This document shows, in pieces, positions 6,138-10,097 of a stretch of DNA of 10,097 nucleotides. The translations under genes and the position numbers were made by a program. Origin of the DNA: Promethearchaeota archaeon (GTDB lineage: Archaea; Asgardarchaeota; Lokiarchaeia; Sigyniarchaeales; SOKP01); the NCBI GenBank assembly GCA_011364975.1, contig RDOE01000109.1, positions 1-10,097 of the forward strand. Direction: 5' to 3'. The notes under the pieces are model-generated. The model did no database searches, was not told the DNA's origin, and saw nothing but the letters and a program-made list of their open reading frames with translations. Within the stretch, counting starts at the first letter, position 1. Each line of letters opens with the position of its first letter.

Positions 6138-7634
6138 TTATTTTTCCTCTTGTGGTGCTAATTTAAAAGTTCGAGAGAAAATTTTACCATAATTATCGGT
6201 TGTTGCTTCTACAAGAACATTTCCATAAATGATTTCATTACCCATTAGTTCCAAAGGATACCCAATTTCAATTGTTTCATAAGGAAATAATTCTCTTATT
6301 GTTGTAATCCAAGGTCGCTTTTCAAATAAATCTTCAACAACAACAACACGAATCTTGATATCTTCTAAGGTATATCCCACTGTATTTGTTATTGATATAT
6401 TTAATAGTTTCTTTTTTTCATCAATTTCTTTAGATACACTAAGGAATTTTCTCGAACCAAGAGGTTGAGTAGCAGCTTGAGACTCTTCTGGTCCAGTTTC
6501 AACTCGAGGTTCTGTTTCTTCATTATCTCTAACAATAAACACTTTTCGCTTTTGGATGTTATATTGTGATACTTTCTTTAACTTCGCTAAAAAGAGTACG
6601 GAGTTAAGGTTAATTGCATTAAAGGGTTCAATCGTAAGATATCCTTTCTTTGCTGCATCCTCTACTATTTCTGCTCCTAAACCTGTTCTCGCAAATACTG
6701 TGTTTTTACTTGGGCCACTTCCGACAGATCCTACAGCAACATCTGCGTTTTCTGCTGTTAAATCCGTACAGAAATTACAGCTAGATGATTTAAATTTATC
6801 TAATTGTTTTATAGTATAAGATTTAATTGGTTCTCCTTGAGGATCGTAATATATATGAAACTTTCCCTTATTAATATCCATTTTTTTTACCTTGGAAAGA
6901 TCAACCCCATCTTTTTCGAAAAATGGATAAAGCGCTTCTGGAGCAAAAGAATCCATACAGAATAACCCAATCTTTAAAATATGAGCTCTCATGAAATACT
7001 TTAACATTCCTGCAGGAGAACTCATCATCTTTTCAACAGCATCTATATTGCAAGGAGTTCCAACAAAAGCAATGGAACGATAATCTTGTCGAATCGCCTC
7101 CATTAAAGCTTCTACCGTTTGAGAATGGCTATATATTGACCCAGATGATTTTATGGCATCATCCTTGTTAGTGATTATTTGAGCTACAGGGTGCCAAGGT
7201 TTTTTAGGATCTTTCATAGTAACGATAGCTGCATCTATTAAATGCTCATCAAAAAGATAACATAATAACGAAGTCACAGTACCTCCGTCCTGACCACCGA
7301 TTACCTCTGGAATATTTGTATTTGATACATATCCTGTTTTAAACTCTCCCATAAGCTGAACTGGATCGGTGATTGTACGAGGACACTGATTATAGCAAAT
7401 CCCACACCCAGTACATTTCCCAATTAATTTGGGTTGCCCTAATAGGTCGTCCCATTCAAGCACAGGACAAACTGCCGCACAAGTTCCACATTCAGTACAA
7501 ATGCCGGTTCGAATGATTTCTTTCATCAACATACCAAAAGAGTCTTTCTTCCCTTCAAGCTTCTTTTGAATATAATCAAAAGAATAATCATATTGAGTGG
7601 CATTTTGCTTTCCTTGAGTCTCGTTTTCCGTCAT
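6138..7634 (-). CDS. Coenzyme F420 hydrogenase/dehydrogenase beta-subunit family protein (FrhB/FdhB/FpoF-like) with N-terminal 2x[4Fe-4S] domain and an extra C-terminal domain
   Basis: Two ferredoxin motifs, CTECGTCAAVCP and CTGCGICYNQCP. FrhB motifs GQDGGTVTSLL, AFVGTPC, KIGLFC and CNFCTD...ADVAVGSVGS. An acidic linker and about 105 additional residues follow. TTTATAAT lies about 35 nt upstream of the ATG on the minus strand. Confidence 0.9.
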   Translation of the reverse strand: MTENETQGKQNATQYDYSFDYIQKKLEGKKDSFGMLMKEIIRTGICTECGTCAAVCPVLEWDDLLGQPKLIGKCTGCGICYNQCPRTITDPVQLMGEFKTGYVSNTNIPEVIGGQDGGTVTSLLCYLFDEHLIDAAIVTMKDPKKPWHPVAQIITNKDDAIKSSGSIYSHSQTVEALMEAIRQDYRSIAFVGTPCNIDAVEKMMSSPAGMLKYFMRAHILKIGLFCMDSFAPEALYPFFEKDGVDLSKVKKMDINKGKFHIYYDPQGEPIKSYTIKQLDKFKSSSCNFCTDLTAENADVAVGSVGSGPSKNTVFARTGLGAEIVEDAAKKGYLTIEPFNAINLNSVLFLAKLKKVSQYNIQKRKVFIVRDNEETEPRVETGPEESQAATQPLGSRKFLSVSKEIDEKKKLLNISITNTVGYTLEDIKIRVVVVEDLFEKRPWITTIRELFPYETIEIGYPLELMGNEIIYGNVLVEATTDNYGKIFSRTFKLAPQEEK

Positions 7635-7685
7635 TTTTTATCATTACAGTATCTGAATTATTTTGAATATTATAAATGATCTATT

Positions 7686-7819
7686 AATTTAGAGAAATGG
7701 ATTGCTAAAAATAAAATTTATTACTTAAATGAAAAGATAAACCAAATATTTCACCTAATTTAGAAAATTTGACTGCTTATTTGTCAATTAGAAAATTTTG
7801 ATCTAAAATTAGAAAAAAT
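7686..7819. repeat. Four imperfect direct repeats (TTAGA(G/A)AA core) in the divergent intergenic region
   Basis: Cores begin at 7689, 7760, 7788 and 7809. Copies 1 and 2 extend further (AATTTAGAGAAATGGATTGCT vs AATTTAGAAAATTTGACTGCT). An inverted repeat TTGAC-N9-GTCAA lies at 7769-7787. Confidence 0.35.
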
Positions 7820-8020
7820 ATATGTTTTTTTATCATTTATCCAAATTAAATATATAAAATGTGATTAAAAAAAGTAAAATCAGCAGAAATTACTAAATTT
7901 TTACATCAGGCTCAATTAGTAATGTATTTTTTATCTAACCTTACAAAGATTTATATTTTTACGTGTTAATTATATTCTTTAAAATCCGACAAACACATTT
8001 TTTATCATCAATTTGAGGAT

Positions 8021-9781
8021 TTGGATTTGAAAACGGAACGAAGAGATTGGATAATTTTAGGTTTGGCAGTAGTTCTCGTAATTTCATTTCTGTTATATGA
8101 TACTTCTCCTTTTACATCATGGCGGATAACAAATCCCGATTATGGGGTTTTATTAACATATGGTACCACTGAAGGACCTGAAGATTTAGATCCGATGGTT
8201 GCTTGGGATGAAGGTTCATTCACCGTCCAAGATCAAGTCTGTGAAGGATTATTCGGATATAATTATAGTGCTACTAATATGGAAATCATTCCAAGATTAG
8301 CTAAGGATTTTGGAAGCTGGAATTTATCTGGATTATTACCCATCTATACAGTTCAGCTACGAAATGACGTGTGGTTCCATGATGGTACTAAATTCGATGC
8401 TCACGCAGCTAAATGGAATTTTGAAAGATTAAAATATTTCATGGATAATGGAATGGCAAAAGCCGTAGAAAAATTTCGATATTTTGATGTTGAAAGTGAA
8501 TCATATAGAGATATTATTAACAAAACTGAAATTGTTAATGATTTTGAGTTAAAATTTATATGTAATATCCCATACGGAGCATTTGAAGCCCTTCTCTGCT
8601 TTAACGGAGCTTATATGCTGTCTCCGCCCTCAACCCCGGCAACAGAAGTAATTAATACTATTACTGGGGATTTAAGAGGAACCGGACCCTTCGTGTTTGA
8701 CATGTATGCGGCAGGTGTTGCGGTTAGATTTCATGCCTGGGATTACTATTGGGCCCCCCGAGCTAAAGTAGATACTTTAATATTCAAAATAATGGGATTT
8801 CCTACCGAAACGTTTGACGCTCTAGAAGATGGAACAGTGGATATTATTACTGATAATAATGCGGCATTTATCGAATGTACGCTCTGTGGATGTCAATATT
8901 ACCTCGACCTTAATAAGATACCCTCAACAAGAATGTTATTTTTAGGAATAAATAATTACTGGATAAATTCTACCTTAAGAAAAGCAATAAGCTATGCATT
9001 TAATGGCACCTCACTTAATAATTTACTATTTTGTATGGATTGGTTCCCTAATGAATCTCCAATCCCATTTGGGATGAAATTTTCCAATTCATCTTACAAT
9101 GAGCCGAAGCTAAATATAACCTATGCTAGAGAAATAATGCAAAGTATGGGTTTTGGGGCAGATTTAGATAAAAATTATCCTGGATTAAATGAAACGGAAT
9201 GGAAAAATGGTGCATTTGTCAATTTCAACTTCACTTATTCTGCAACTAGCTCTTATCTTGGACAACTTTATAATTCTCTCAAAAAGCAATTAAATTTAAT
9301 AGGTATAAATCTTACCGATGCGTGGACTTATTGGAGTCCTTTTATATATTGCCTTTATGAAATTCAAGGGTATCATCGAAATATGCTCCAATTATATTGG
9401 CTAGGATGGACCCCCGATTATAATGATCCGATTAATTTCATTAATCTTCTTTTTACAAATAGAACTGTTGCTGATAATGGATGTAAATATAACGGTTATT
9501 TAGCAGCTAAAGAGGCTGGAAGAAACCCCTTTAATTTATGGGATAACGTTCAACTTTTAATGGAAGAAGCCTTGATTGAAACAAATCAAACTATAAGACG
9601 GATTTATTATAACAGAATTCAAGAAATTCTTATTGAAGAGGATATGCCCGTAGTATTTGCTTATGTTGAGAAAAATTATGATGCTTGGTATAAAGGATTA
9701 AAAGGTTATCCCTCCAACCCAATGGATAAAGTGTATTTTTATCCTTGCTATTGGAATGAAACCTCATTATATGTTCAATAA
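8021..9781 (+). CDS. ABC transporter family-5 (DppA/OppA/NikA-like) solute-binding protein, N-terminally membrane anchored
   Basis: N-terminal TM helix, then DLDPM...CEGLF, IPRLAK, LRNDVWFHDGTKFDA, GTGPF, LRKAISYAFN, GWTPDYNDP and RRIYYNRIQEIL...P. GAGG at 8015-8018 is better spaced for the in-frame TTG at 8027. Confidence 0.92.
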   Translation: MDLKTERRDWIILGLAVVLVISFLLYDTSPFTSWRITNPDYGVLLTYGTTEGPEDLDPMVAWDEGSFTVQDQVCEGLFGYNYSATNMEIIPRLAKDFGSWNLSGLLPIYTVQLRNDVWFHDGTKFDAHAAKWNFERLKYFMDNGMAKAVEKFRYFDVESESYRDIINKTEIVNDFELKFICNIPYGAFEALLCFNGAYMLSPPSTPATEVINTITGDLRGTGPFVFDMYAAGVAVRFHAWDYYWAPRAKVDTLIFKIMGFPTETFDALEDGTVDIITDNNAAFIECTLCGCQYYLDLNKIPSTRMLFLGINNYWINSTLRKAISYAFNGTSLNNLLFCMDWFPNESPIPFGMKFSNSSYNEPKLNITYAREIMQSMGFGADLDKNYPGLNETEWKNGAFVNFNFTYSATSSYLGQLYNSLKKQLNLIGINLTDAWTYWSPFIYCLYEIQGYHRNMLQLYWLGWTPDYNDPINFINLLFTNRTVADNGCKYNGYLAAKEAGRNPFNLWDNVQLLMEEALIETNQTIRRIYYNRIQEILIEEDMPVVFAYVEKNYDAWYKGLKGYPSNPMDKVYFYPCYWNETSLYVQ

Positions 9782-9819
9782 AAAACCGAATAAAAAATAT
9801 AAATATTGAAGCTAAGAAA

Positions 9820-10097
9820 ATGGAAAAAAAAGATTATTATATATTGATTTTATCCGTAATTCTAATTAGCTCGATTATTAGCTCAAGTGGACTATATTTA
9901 ATTCCATGTTGTGCTCCACCCCCAGACTTAGCAGGTTATCTTGTGTATGGAACAGTTTCTGGTCCAGCTGATCTTGATCCTATGGATGCTTGGGATAGTT
10001 TCAGCTTTGCTGTCCAGGATCAGGTCTGTGAGGGTTTATTTGGATACAATTATACTGATCCTGAGATGGAAATTATTCCAAAACTTGCAAAGGATTA
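9820..10097 (+). CDS. Second family-5 ABC solute-binding protein, paralogue of the upstream gene (partial, runs off the window)
   Basis: Not in the ORF track. Translates as MEKKDYYILILSVILISSIISSSGLYLIPCCAPPPDLAGYLVYGTVSGPADLDPMDAWDSFSFAVQDQVCEGLFGYNYTDPEMEIIPKLAKD. By manual alignment 38 of 50 residues match the upstream protein from YGT to LAKD. Confidence 0.92.
   Translation, partial: MEKKDYYILILSVILISSIISSSGLYLIPCCAPPPDLAGYLVYGTVSGPADLDPMDAWDSFSFAVQDQVCEGLFGYNYTDPEMEIIPKLAKD

Noticed and set aside
6556-6819. 87-aa plus-strand ORF
   Set aside because: Antisense shadow of the conserved FrhB core.
7686-7819. Repeats as a CRISPR array or replication origin
   Set aside because: The repeats are short, degenerate and irregularly spaced. 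There are no cas genes, no cdc6/orc1 gene and no ORB-type G-string.

Overview
AT-rich archaeal chromosomal DNA, most likely from an Asgard archaeon (Lokiarchaeia-like). This is inferred from a Rag/Gtr-type small GTPase with a roadblock-like tail, GGTG/GAGG Shine-Dalgarno motifs, TATA-like promoters, BHB-type tRNA introns and an F420-dependent enzyme. In order, the window holds: a tRNA-Arg(CCG)-like gene (89-208) with apparent D-loop and T-loop introns and a mispaired anticodon stem; a stand-alone 7-TM membrane protein; a Ni/Co ECF transporter split into two divergent units (cbiQ-cbiO on -, cbiM plus a PDGLE protein on +); an alpha/beta hydrolase; a Rag-like GTPase just downstream of a stand-alone FrhB/FdhB-family protein with an extra C-terminal beta-rich domain; and two tandem family-5 ABC solute-binding proteins, the second cut by the window end. 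The ORF track truncates two genes, cbiO and the GTPase. In both, the P-loop lies upstream of the first ATG/GTG/TTG, and an ATT codon sits 7 nt after an AGGTG Shine-Dalgarno motif, pointing to non-canonical AUU initiation.
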